Positions 11,317 through 24,077 of a stretch of DNA of 64,000 bases are shown piece after piece. The notes beneath the pieces were generated by a model, which was not told the DNA's origin, ran no database searches, and saw only the letters and a program-made list of their open reading frames with translations. This stretch comes from Lingula anatina (Eukaryota; Animalia; Brachiopoda). The stretch covers positions 64,024,788-64,088,787 of the forward strand of contig CM120640.1 of NCBI GenBank assembly GCA_051362555.1, read 5' to 3'. The position numbers and the translations under genes are program-made. Position 1 is the stretch's first letter. Each line of letters opens with the position of its first letter.

Positions 11317-14300
11317 TTATTTTTCTTCTCCCAACTGCCATGACCATTTCTCATATGAGACAGACACCCCATAATGGTCGGATAAAGGAAATTGCTGGCC
11401 TGGAATGTGGGACTCCAAGACCCTCTGGAAAAGGAAATATTAAGAATTCATACGCATGTGCATCTGTATCGTATGGCGAAAAGTACTGTAGCATCAAAAC
11501 TCCTTTAGAAATAATTAAATTTGTTAGGATGAATTCATAATGAATCAAATTGTTAATCAAGAGAAACTGGAAAGGTTAGGAAAGCATGAAATGTATCATT
11601 GTTGCCCTCTAGGAGTTAAGGGAAGACTGATATGTTAAACAAATTTAAGATTCTTTTCCAATTACCTTCCTTCTTCGATCTCATGAATACATCTTGTGCA
11701 ATAATTAAATAAGTATAAAATTGATTTCTTTCTTTAATCTTACCTTCACGCCTTTTCTTTTCTCGTAACTCCACCAACATGTCGGCACAAAGATATGGTC
11801 GTACAATTTGTTTGGTTCCAATGGTGGAGTCAAAGGATTTCCTGCGCAGTATGTGCATTTCCCAATGTACAGCAGGTACGGAGAGAAGTACCACTGACTT
11901 ACAAGATCGTATGTGTCTATTAAAGAACCTGGTATACCGTATATAGGGATGGCTGGATTAGAGTTAAAGTCGCCTATCAAGATACTATTCACGTAACTTG
12001 ACTTGGACGCCTTTAACAAAGAATCCATCTCAAAGAGACTCTGTTCTGCGAAGTTCGTGAATGGTCCAACTGTAATGTATAAAAAAGATGTTCTTTATTG
12101 TTATATTTTCGTATTTTTTTGTTTTATTTCATTTTTGCTATAGCTATTACTTCACTAAAACGTTTTTATTTATCATTTATTTTGACGCAATATTTGATAA
12201 CACAATGCTGCTAAAAAAAAATAAATTTACAAACCTTCAAGGTAAAGATATCTGTGCAACTGTGCGACTAACTGAGTGCAAAATAATTGGTAAGCCTCTA
12301 TCTAAAAATGGTAGATAGAATAGATATATCACAACTTTATTTTGTCAAACACGATCAAAAACAAGAATATACATTAAATGCATAAGGATGAATTCCATGT
12401 ATATCCCACTTATACTTCCATGATACACATACAAAACAAAGCTGGTTTTAAAATTGACTGGCAATTTGCGCTTGAGATATGCGATACATGTTTAAAGTAT
12501 TCAAGCTTCCCTTAAAAAGGGGAAATTCGAAATAACATTTAGAGATTTGGTCGTACGTGAAATGCATATAAGGAACGAGTAAGGGTTTTTGAATGAATGA
12601 ATAAGGTATCTATAATTCTATACCTGTATACCAACAAAAATTGCCTCTCCAGTTGTAAAGTTGCATACTTCCCAATATCCCATGAATATAAAAAAAAAAT
12701 CAAAATTGGTGGAACACTACACATTAAAAATTATAAGGATACAAATTACAAATCAGTTACTTTTCAAATTGTATACTAAGTAATACAATCAAACGAAATG
12801 CTTAAAAATAGTTTATTGTTTAATGTAAACACAAACCTTTGCTTTAATATATCCTCTTGGGAGTATCAGAGAATTTCCTTCGTGGTAATTAACAACTTCG
12901 GGGTCAACCAAAGGTTTTTTACTCAGAAGCAGCAATCCAAAGGTGGTCGGATAAGGAGTGACTAAGCACACCTTCATCCTGGCTTGTACAACGGCGACAG
13001 TCAAGTTGTCTGTATGGAACGACGCAAAAACGCGGTTAAGACACGAAAGACAGTCTTGCGATAGAGAAGCAAATGCTTTCTTGCACGTCGATAAAGCACA
13101 CATGACGGTCTGTAGTCCAGTTGATCCAAGACAGTACTTATTAAGACACTGTACCACATTAGCAATAGCCACCTCTTTGCAGGCAGGGGTTGATGAAGCG
13201 TTAGACAGAACACCGTCCGAAATGTGCAATGCGCTGTGGGAGTAAGGAAACTGCGACACGGCGGCATTAACGATGGCGCGTAAGTCGTCTGCTTCCCAAA
13301 CTTCTTGTAGGCAGACGACATCGCCAGGAATGCTTCCATTTGTTACTGCATCCAGAAATGCATCTCTGCGGGTTTCATACCTATTTAAATAATTTTGTCA
13401 CTTAAAAGTTTGGATTTGTCATTTTCATTTAGAGCTTATTTTGCATAGTGCGACAAAATGTTCTTACAAAATAAATTAGGCTTCGTTCACATGCAATGTC
13501 TATTTTCTAAATTCTATTTTCTATTCGCGCTATCTTATGATCACGGTCTGTGCCCTGAATATCCCGCCGCATAATTACTGGCAGCGCGAGCCAGTTACTT
13601 ATAGTAACTTATAGTAACTGGCTCGCGCTGCCAGTAATTACGCCGCGGGATATTAAGGGCACAGACCGTGATCATAAGACATACCGCGAATAGAAAATAG
13701 AATTTAGAAAATAGACATTGCATGTGAATGAAGCCTAAATAAATAAATAAATAAATAAATAATTAGAAATAAATTCGACGCTCCCTGAATAATAATTAGA
13801 AAAAAATACGATTTCTAACGAAATTATTTATCCAGTGGGAAATATTTTAACTTACTCGGGAACGTCATCAACGCGCAAACCTGTGTTAAAGGTAACAAAT
13901 TCCAGGTCGGAGGGTTGCTCTAGTACCTCTGGATTCGGCTCAGTAGTATCATTAAGTGCAGCAACGCTACAAATATAAAGAAATGTGTTAAACTCCTTTT
14001 ACCGATGCATTGGGTTGTTAGTCGATCCTAGTCAGGCAACTGCACTGAATTCTTTAAAATCAGCACCAATGCCATATTAACAATATACTTGTATTAAAGG
14101 GTATGGTTGTTTTAACCAATCTTTAGTTCAATTTGTGGCTTGTGTATGCCCAGTTACCAGTGGTTTACATTGAAAAGACGGTTGGATTAATGCTGCCTGT
14201 AAATAATGCCTTGCCGAATAACTTAATAACATGCACGAATACTGTAATTGATAATCATTGCACGTAAAGCCCTTCTCACCGTTGTATTGACAGTCATTTA

Positions 14301-14926
14301 TGAATATACATTGTATTTTAAAGTTAAATAACACAAAGCTGTCTATATAAACACCTTTTGTCAAATGTTTTATTGCCCACGTCTTGTTGATATGGGCAAC
14401 CAATTTAGCAGGTTAGCAGTTTTAACTACCCAACGTCGAAAGAAACTGGTTCCTTTCAAAGTGTTAAGACTTTCCTTACAGACCAATGGTAACGAAATTC
14501 CCAAATGCCTCAAAACACTGCACACTCGCTATTTGGAGCCTGGTTTTGTATTTAGTGTTCTGTTCATTTAACAAATTATTTTTTATTGTTTAAAATATTA
14601 CATAATGCATATTCAGCTTATGATTACGAACAAATGCTTGGTTTCAGCACGCACAATTCGCAAATTCTTCACATTGCGCATTGCGACGTAAAATATCGAA
14701 CAAAGGCCTGTAACTTTTCAGAGAATCAACACGACATACACTGTATGTCGTAGGTCACTAAAACCAGCACATCTATACTTCTGCTACTGGTGCACGATGG
14801 ATGACTTTTACTAAGGGAAATAAATACGCGGGCCTCCCCCTTTTTTACTTACTATTTCCAACTGATAGTTCCCGTAAGAAGAACGGCAGCCAACAGCACC
14901 AACGCCGGTGATGAAAACCCTTGCAT
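11317..14926 (-). CDS. Secreted EEP family protein with Cys-rich insertion, paralogue 2 (complete, 6 exons)
   Basis: Exons 14926-14853 (MQGFSSPALVLLAAVLLTG), 13966-13856 (FVTFNTG), 13380-12837 (DVVCLQEVW), 12301-12235 (FCTQL), 12069-11744 (IGDFN, YDHIF), 11424-11317 (FPLSDHYGV...WSWQLGEEK*). Exon 3 (544 nt) and exon 4 (67 nt) have the same lengths in all three paralogues. Confidence 0.9.
13479..13735. mobile_element. PIF/Harbinger (Tourist-like) fold-back MITE
   Basis: Near-perfect 257-bp palindrome GGCTTCGTTCACATGCAATG...CATTGCATGTGAATGAAGCC flanked by TTA/TAA, the TWA target typical of PIF/Harbinger. Confidence 0.8.
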
Positions 14927-16442
14927 TATCTTGTTTGGTGCATGCAGCTTGCTTTGAATGCGCTTTAACTGTTACGTCGTGCCTTTTATACATGGAAGTG
15001 TCAATAAAGAAGGGAAGGTACTTACAGCTGACATTTTTGCTGAATGACAGGCCACGGTGCTGCCGTTGAAAACAAAGCAGTCGTGTTCATACATGTGTCT
15101 TGTGTCATGTCAAAGGGAGCCCAGTCCACAAACTTGATATTTAATATGGAATATTTAATTTTGGAAAGTATAGATACATGTACATGATAATGTAGAAAAA
15201 TTACAATTCTTTGGGGAGCGAAAATTGAAAATATCATTATACTTATTCTATCATTTTCTTTATGTCAAATTTTTCCATACATACCAGTACAAGGTGCATA
15301 CTAAAATAAAAGGATAAAGTTATTCTTGGACGAATTTGAAAGTGTTTCTGCTGAGGTTTGACAACTTTTTTAACTTTCAAAATTGCTTTGGTTAATTTTT
15401 TCGACGATGAGACACTGGAGACCCTTTGAAAAGTCTCAGATTATCCCAAGAAGCAAAGTGGTGATGTATTTGGTGTATGAATCATACTACATTAATGTAT
15501 CAGTACAAAAAAAAGTATTAAGTCTCAGTGAAATGTTTTAAAGCACAATTTATTGCAAATGTACTTAGTTAACTACATGTTGAATTACCAAACGCTGTTT
15601 ATCTGTCTAGTGTCAGGCTTATACATGTATAACCATCGTATAAGTAATAATTATCATACAACATCGCAGAAATAATAAAAAACACAAATATTAAAATACA
15701 AGATAACATTATCCATATCATATGTTACTCCTATCTATAAGTTCTTTACTATAATATCTATTATTTTTCTCACGTAAATGCCTTCCCTAGATAAACAACT
15801 TACCTAAAAGATTTGTAATGAGAAAGTCAGTTTTTCTATAGTGATGGTAAGCAACAAGTATTTCATAATGGAGAACCTTATGAATATGCGAGGATGTGCC
15901 ATAGGGACTATCCCTAGGACTCCCATTAAGTAAATATTGCATTACTTTTTTCTTTTGTTCTTGGATAATACATCCATTAAATCACAAAAACACGAATAGA
16001 AAACGACATAATAACAAAACACATTAATGTATTGTCATATAAATAAAAGAGAGTCTGGCGTCATTTTCTGTTAACACAAATAAATTAACGCCATCTTTGA
16101 ATGCTTAAAATTCAAGAACGTTTCCCACTACATTAACAACTGTCTATGTATTCCACCACTAAATTAGACAGGATGTAGCAACTTTATGAAAAGATGTGAT
16201 CCTCTTGACATTTTAAATGTAATTAAACCAAACAGAGGCAGCGCAAGGTGCTTGTAAGGATAATTACATGTATATGACATACATACCTAGAGATGTTATA
16301 TGACCGTGGAGATATACGCTTTATTCGGTTTTAAGAGTGTTTCTCTGTGTTTCAGATATGTTAGTTGACTAAGTTATTCTGAATGTGCCCTAACTGTGAC
16401 TTCGGATGCACGAAAAAAAAAAAAAAAAAAACATATTTTCTT

Positions 16443-16610
16443 CAGGCCCGTAGCCAGCAATTTCAAAAGGGGGGTTCTTTTTCTGAAAAAGTGGACCTTT
16501 TCCCATAAAAACTTCATGTAACTAGATCAAATTTTACCCAGAGTGGACCTTTTCCCAGCAAAAGGGGCGGTTCTTTCGAACCCCCCGAACCCCCCCTAGC
16601 TACGGGCCTG
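16443..16610. mobile_element. hAT-like MITE with apparent 5-bp TSD
   Basis: TIR CAGGCCCGTAGC ... GCTACGGGCCTG with TTCTT on both sides. Internal GGGGGGTTC/GAACCCCCC inverted motifs. Confidence 0.6.
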
Positions 16611-16731
16611 TTCTTTATTGATATGTTGACTGTTTGTCCCGATCGTCAGCAGTGAAGGAGACTTTTAATATAATTATTTTGCTATGCATTATTGATCACA
16701 TGAGTAAAAGTACAATAATAACATAGACTCT

Positions 16732-19446
16732 TTACTGTAGCTGCCATGACCACTTTTCAAATGTGACCGACACCCCGTAATGGTCAGAAAGAGGAAAACC
16801 TTTGTTCTTTATGTTGGAGTCCAGGATTCTCTGGAAAGTCAACGAGAGTATAATGTACTATAAGTTGAAACAATGATGATTTATAAGCTGTAAAAATCAA
16901 ACTCTTCATCCAAGTAGGAAATGCCGGTTTTTTCAACTGGGCATAAAAACATCACATATCAACATAATGTTCCTTTTAATTATGAAAAAGAAGTGTTAAT
17001 CAAGGAAGGGCAGCCAAGGTAAAATTTATCCTTCATAGTGCTACTGCATTAATATTTTTTTTTTTTTTTTTTTTTTGTTTCGCATACATGTACAATATAG
17101 GAATACATACATACATACATACATACATACATACATACATACCCGGGCATCTTCAAGTTTCTCCCAACTCCACCAGCAAAATTTTGGGACAAAGATGTGG
17201 TCGTACAGTTTATTGAGTTGAAACCGTCGAGCTGATGGGATCAAAGGATTTTCTGCGCAGTATGTGCATTTCCCAATCTTCATCAGGTACGGAGAGAAGT
17301 ACCACTGACTTACAAGATCGTATGTGTCTGTTAAAGACCCAGATATATCGTTAGCAGGGATGGCTGGATTAGAGTTAAAGTCACCTATCAAGATACTGTT
17401 CACGTAATTTGGCCAGGATGCTTTTAACAAAGAATCCATCTCAAAGAGACTCTGTTCTTTGAAGCTAGTGAATGGTCCCACTGTAATGTAAGTAAAGGTA
17501 CTGTCATTGATCTCATACATTTTGGTCTAGTTTTCTCTTTATTGAAAACTATCCACAAAATATAAGAATGATCACTTTTTTAGCGTAAACCTCTATAAAA
17601 CTGTGCTATTAGAAAGAAAATACATCAAACCTTCAAGGTAAATGTATTTGTTCAGCTCGGAGGTCAAGTGAGTGCAAAATATTTGGTAGGCATCTATCTG
17701 GAATTATAAAATGAAGGCACTGTCTTCTTTATTCATATTTTAATGTCAACAAAACATATTAATTTCAATTTTTCAGATGCTGTATGAAATTACAAGTCCA
17801 ACGTAAAAAAAGCTGACAATTCATATTGGTACAATGTAGGCCCACATGTAATTTTGCACTTCCGCACGCACACACACTTACACACACATACTATTTAGCA
17901 CGTGTACCAGTCAATCATATATCTGTTTTAAAACATCCTTTATATATCTATTTGGTATACGAATCATGTAAAAGGTACAAGAAAATAAAATGATTTCAGC
18001 CTTTATACAAACCTTAGCTTTAATATACCCCCTGGGGAGTAAAAGAGAACTTCCTTCGTGGTAATTTATTACTTCTGGGTCTACCAAAGGTTTTTTGCTA
18101 AGGAGTAACAATCCAAATGTAGTCGGATAAGGAGTACCAAGACAAGTCCGAATCCTGGCTTGGAAATCGCCAAGGGTTAAGTTGGCCACCTGAGACGATG
18201 CAAAAATCCGGTTGATACACGACAGACAGTCCTGCGAGAGAGAAGCTAAACCCTCCTTGCACGCCGTTAAGGCGCACACGGCGCCTTGTAATCCAGTTAA
18301 AGTTGTACACTTGGTTGAAAGACATAGGATCACTTTGGAAATACTTGCCTTTTCACAGGCAGGGGTTGATGAAGAATCCGAGAGGACTGTATGAAAGACG
18401 TGCAAGGCACTGAAGGAGTAAGGAAACTGAGACCGGGCGGCTCTCACAATGGCGCGTAAGTCGTCTGCTTCCCAAACTTCTTGTAGGCAGACGACATCGC
18501 CAGGAATGCCTGCATTGGTTACTGTGTCCAGAAATGCATCTCGGCGGCTTTCATACCTATTTAAATGACACAAATGATAGGACAGTTTGGTAATTTTATC
18601 TTACTTATTGTTTCAATTCAACCGTTCTGACGTAAAGAAAGAAAAGATAGCTGCTCAAGTTTATTGAAACAAAATGTTTGGGAACATATCTTCTCTTTTT
18701 TTTGAAATTATGACACATTGTTTCATTTTTAACTCACTCGGGAACATCAGCTGCGTGCAGGCCTGTGTTAAAGGTTACAAACTCCAGGTTAGAGGGTTGC
18801 CACAATGGCCTGGGGTCCTGTAAAACTGGACCAGGAAGTGCAGAAACACTACAAAGTCAAACAAGTAACATTAAGTCCACAATGAGATAAAAAAAAAAGA
18901 ATCACATCATAATGTTTAATGGGCAAAATTGCAATTATTACCAGTTATCAAATACTTGCTACATCTTCTCAAACAAATTTGGGTAAAGTAATATTTTGTT
19001 TTTATAAACGTATTTAAAAACGAATAATTATCACTCGGTGAGCAACTTTCAACTAATCAAAACGCTACACAAACACTTCCTATTTTAGCTTATGAATTCA
19101 ACTTTACGCGAGCAGTATGCGTCAATAACGCGTTAACAAATAATACACATCAACATTTTTATACACATTAACATTTCTATACCGACGGGTAGAAAACGTT
19201 TCTTCCTTTTTTTAATTTTTACTTTGCCTAAATTACGACCCTAAAGTGGCTAAATTGTTAAATATATCGACATTCAATATGCACATTGAATAACTATAAC
19301 TTGAGAAAATACACCGGTATACTGTATGTTGGCCCTTAATATTGATTTTTCACTTACTATTTCCAATCAATATTGGCGGTAAAAAGAATCAAACTCATCA
19401 GCACCAGCGTCCGTGAGGAAAGCATTATCCCGTTTATTGCAGACAT
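16732..19446 (-). CDS. Secreted EEP family protein with Cys-rich insertion, paralogue 3 (complete, 6 exons)
   Basis: Exons 19446-19358 (MSAINGIMLSSRTLVLMSLILF), 18848-18738 (FVTFNTG), 18556-18013 (DVVCLQEVW), 17697-17631 (FCTHL), 17480-17143 (IGDFN, YDHIF), 16830-16732 (FPLSDHYGV...WSWQLQ*). Confidence 0.9.
17103..17142 (+). repeat. (ATAC)n microsatellite running into the exon-5 donor of EEP-3
   Basis: About 10 ATAC units; on the minus strand the intron begins GTATGTATGTAT... Confidence 0.9.
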
Positions 19447-21297
19447 CACGAGTTGAAGCTACTGAAAACTTTTACATCGACAAATAAACATAAAAGTGCA
19501 TGGAGTGCATTAACAATGAAAATGACATTCTTACTGAAGTGAGACCGTTGCGATGGGGGTGAGAATATCGTTGGTGAGTAGAGGCTTTATACGCTTAAAG
19601 CTATAGACGATGGTTCTTCAGCTCTAGCTCTTGCTAGATTTCTTTATAATATTTTTTCAATATGTTTGAAAACAGCGTTCATTTTAAATCAAGAAATTAC
19701 ACTGATGAATGTGTGAACATGATACTAATATGCAATGGTCTGCCATTAAGGCTCTCGTCAGTTCCTAGGTTATTTATACACTTACGATTAATCCATTTGC
19801 TGTTATCCGTTTACTTTTCTTATTTTCAATATCCATTCACTAATTTATTTATCCCTTAATTTATTTATTTACCTATTAATTAATTGTTATTTTTCATTAT
19901 TTGCTTGAAATCATAAACACAATTAATCGTCATGTGTTAATATAGCAATATATAGTTTCTCTCAAATTTTCATTCTTCAAATAAATTACAGCTGTCCTGC
20001 TGTTCAAGCTTTTCCATTCACACCACTCTTACCGTAATATTGGAGGATAAAATTCATGAGGTTATCTACTGTAACCACAATACGGGAGGGAAACTAGGTT
20101 CTTTAAAAAAAACTTAAAGGATGCAACATGTGATCCTTCGACAGGATAGAACTTAGGAGTGGCGGCTTACGTTGTTTTCATGAATAATTGCATTCCGTTA
20201 CATAAAACAGCGCAAGTACATGTATAATGAAGCAAGGCGGTAACACGCAGATATTCACACACTGTCGGCACATTTACAATCCACCTGTGGCGGCATAACT
20301 TACTGTATAATCTAACCAATCCCACTGATGACCCTGAACTTTGATATCACTGGGGCCTTTAGTATATCATGTTGAAAATTGAAGAAGATTCAACAATTTT
20401 GTAACGAACTAATAGCGATCCCGATGGTCAGAGATAAGCTGATCCTGACCAAGGAGTTTCAACAGGACTCCTTGTCCTGACAAAGTGCAGTAGCAGTAGG
20501 AGGGCCTAGACTGTCTTTCCTTGGTAAGAAATTGTAATGCTGCGGTCTACTAAATGCAGAACAGCTGTAAGTAGACTGTGAATGCTTTTAGGTACACGGA
20601 TTGGTACTCCAAGAATCGCCAAACATACTTGCTTGTAACATGTCCCAATTATTTACAAATATGGTATCCTTGGGTGAAAGAAATAACAAGATCACCTGAA
20701 GATAGAATATTCATATATACTTTAACTTCTTGGCTGTAGAAATAACACTGAACAATAATCTTTTACCTTCATGAAGACTCCACCTACAAAGTGAACGCAG
20801 TTTAACATACTTTTAAAAAATATGTTTTATTTGCCTCTGTCTTTAGTTTTAAAATTAACTGATTGTGGAATGTTTCTGCAACTTTTTAAAATCATGTGAA
20901 TATTCAGGCACGGTCCTGGAAATTTGAGATGAATCCAAACAGACCATGAACACATTGTCAATTCCAAATAATAAATTATTCCATAACATAAAGATTGTTA
21001 TGTTACAATACATGTAAGTAAAACTTTGCCAACTGACAGTCTCTTGGTGGTTTCCTCCTTGAATGTCACCTACAAGTGTTGCCCTTATTAGCCATTACAC
21101 ATGTAGCAGATTATAAAAAAGACTGACTGAGATTTCCAATCTGTCACCTAGTAGATTCAAATGGGTACAGTAGTACAGGGTGACACCTGATGCTAGTACA
21201 TTACACAGGTGACAACCATTTCTTATGAATGTCTAGCTGATGCCAAACCCACTGGTACCTGTAAGAAATGGGTCGTCTTATTTCCATCCAGACTACA

Positions 21298-24031
21298 TTA
21301 TTTACTATTCATAATGCTGAGTTCTTCCTTGTCTCGGCTGTCATGCATTGCATTGAGAAGTCCAGACAAAAACTTTTCAAATTCCGTACGTACATTCTCT
21401 CCATCATCATCAAGGTTGGTGTTGACAACACTGATTTTGCTAAATGCCTGGGCTGTAACGGAAGAAATAAAAAATAATCTTGTTATTTTAATTTCATGTT
21501 TAAAGTGCATCAGTTATGAAACTAGCACTAGTAAAACTTAATGAGAAACAGATATTCATCTTTTTTTGATTATCATACATGTGGTGTTTTAATCAATAAA
21601 TTGTACACTAATCTAAATATGTAATAAATAACAGACTATCATCAGTTTTGCATTTTCATTATGTGTTGATTTATAGGTTCACATAGTACATGAGGACAAA
21701 CTAAATAGCCAGATGACTTAACTAGTATAACAGTTAAATCATGTTTGAGAGTAAAGCATGGTATTTAATCATCAAATCTTGGATAATAATTAATTTATTC
21801 CGGGTGACTAAAGTTCTCCTTTTTGTACACTTACGTGGTCCTGTCCCTCCACTCTGGCCCAAAAAACCAGAGGAGGATCCTTTTTTGTGTGCAAACAGTA
21901 AGCATTGAGTGTCTCGCAAACCAGGGACACTTACAAAATGTGTATACCTGAAGGATAGTGAAAAGACACTCACAGAAAGAGAAAAACACAATATGGGGAA
22001 ATAACTGATTTTTCCACAGCACCTCAAATACCACAAAAACAAGGAAAAAGACAACTATCTGACTTTTCCAGGGGAAAATCCAGATTTTATCTGAAAAATT
22101 AAATTGTTTAATAAATTTGTGTCATGTGTGGAACAAGACTTCACAGACTGGATAGAGCCAAAGCAGTACTTGAAGAATAAAATTGCAATAACAAGCAAAA
22201 ATATATACACAAAAAAGGAAATATGACAAATGATATATAAATATCTGAAAAATATAACCAATGCTTTAAAGGCAGCATCTGTAAGAATAAATAAATACAC
22301 AAAGAGAAAAAGAGAAGTTCTCATGTCTGCTCTGGAATCCATTTTACTTACACATCTGGAACTTAACACGTTCAGTAGTAGTGGGTTTGTGATGTGCAAA
22401 AGCAATGCACTGAGGTAGCTTCACACCAGAGACTCTCATGAAGTACGTCAACCTACAGTGCACAGTGGGTAAATTATGAACGTTTGTCAAATCATGTTGG
22501 GATCATGGCAGCAAAATGATAGTTTTCACCTGACAGCAAGAGATTGCATGAAGTTTTTGCCAATTTGAGAGTAGTGATAACTGTTTGATAAACGTTTTCT
22601 TTGGCCCAAGGTATACAATCTTTAATGTCCAATATATTTCCACGTGGTAAATAAGCTCAGTGTGGTATGTGAAAAAAAATGTGAATCATATTACAGCAGA
22701 AGATGTAGGACTATTTTGCTAGATAAATGTTATCATCTAAGCTTAAAATTACACAGATAAGGCATACAGAGCACTCAATGAATATTGTATGTTCTATACT
22801 TGATGCAGGTTTACTATGATATATTAAAAAAGTGTAGGAAAATGGAAGGCCAACTTACCACATTTCTAGGTCCTTATCATGATTTGCCTGATCTGGGTTA
22901 TACACAAACACTATCCCATTTGCATCTTTTGCAATAGCTGGCCAGCAACTTTCAAACCTAGGAAATATTGTTAACACAATTATAACAAAGTGCATCAATT
23001 ACATGCTACCTATCCATGTTATATATTGAAATGGGAACTGTTTAACTTTTCTTTGTTTCTTTCAAATGTACCTTCAGTCCACGAACAGCATGTAGTTCAT
23101 GTAAAATCAAATGAAGACTACCCAGATATATACTGTACACAGTATACAAAATATTTAACAAAGAGCACTTAGATGAACTAGTACCCTGCTCCAAAATGGA
23201 AATTAATGCAACACAAAAAAAAAAAAAAAACCAATAGGGTCTTTTGTTGACATACATGTACAGTATACTGTATGTCTCCACCTTGCACACAATTTGACCA
23301 GAAGCACCTACTTTTTATCACCACTGACATCCCACAGCTCTACCTCTGCACTGACTTTCTTGCTCCCTACTGTCAAGTTATTGGCTTCATATTCAAGAAT
23401 TCTGGAGAAAAAGCAGTTCCATGAAACAATGTCTATAATCAATACAAGAGATTCCTCTTTGGAAAATACTTATTTTTCAAGACTGTTGTACCTAGTACAC
23501 TGTGGTTAGTTGATTTGAGCATGAATGTTCAAAGTTCTATGATATGTTACATACAATGTACTAGTACAGACCAATGTGTTTTGAGTTACGCACATCCACA
23601 TACACTGGTATTAACGTTAGATAAACAATATAATGATAGAATAGTACCAGTATATACTGAGGCAACTACTTTTAATCTATCTACACATGACCTATGATCT
23701 TGTTCACATACTCCGTACCTTACACCTTGTGTCGGTCGGTACTCCCCTCCAATATTCTCTGTAGCATCTGCTAAGTAGTTAGCTATTGCACTCTTGCCAC
23801 TCTGCACACGAAAATGAAACAAAAATGAAACACAAATTACACTTGTCCATATACATTTACGTTAGTAAGTTAGATATCTCAAAATCTTGTGAAACTTGCC
23901 ACAGATTGCAATATTTCAGCTTACAGGATCATTCATAATCTGGTTCTTGGTAACAAGGATTTGTCTCAATTGAAAAAATATCCTCTACTTACCTCACAGG
24001 GACCTAAAACCAACACTTTAGATTTGAACAT
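21298..24031 (-). CDS. IFT22: Intraflagellar transport protein 22 (Rab-like 5)
   Basis: Exons 24031-23993 (MFKSKVLVLGPCE), 23801-23719 (SGKSAIANYLADATE...YRPTQGVR), 23401-23312 (ILEYE...VELWDVSGDK), 22957-22859 (FESCWPA...GIVFVYNPD), 21947-21835, 21452-21298 (...RDKEELSIMNSK*). GPCESGKS, PTQGVRILE, FESCWPA and the C-terminal REEL-like motif are diagnostic. Confidence 0.95.
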
Positions 24032-24062
24032 TTTCTTCTAGCCTGGAATGCAGTCGTCCGTC

Positions 24063-24077
24063 GTTTACCTTAGCTAC
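24063..24077 (-). promoter_or_regulatory. Candidate RFX X-box in the IFT22 proximal promoter/5'UTR
   Basis: GTAGCTAAGGTAAAC (minus strand) 32-46 nt upstream of the ATG resembles GTHNYY-AT-RRNAAC. IFT genes are classic RFX targets. Confidence 0.45.
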
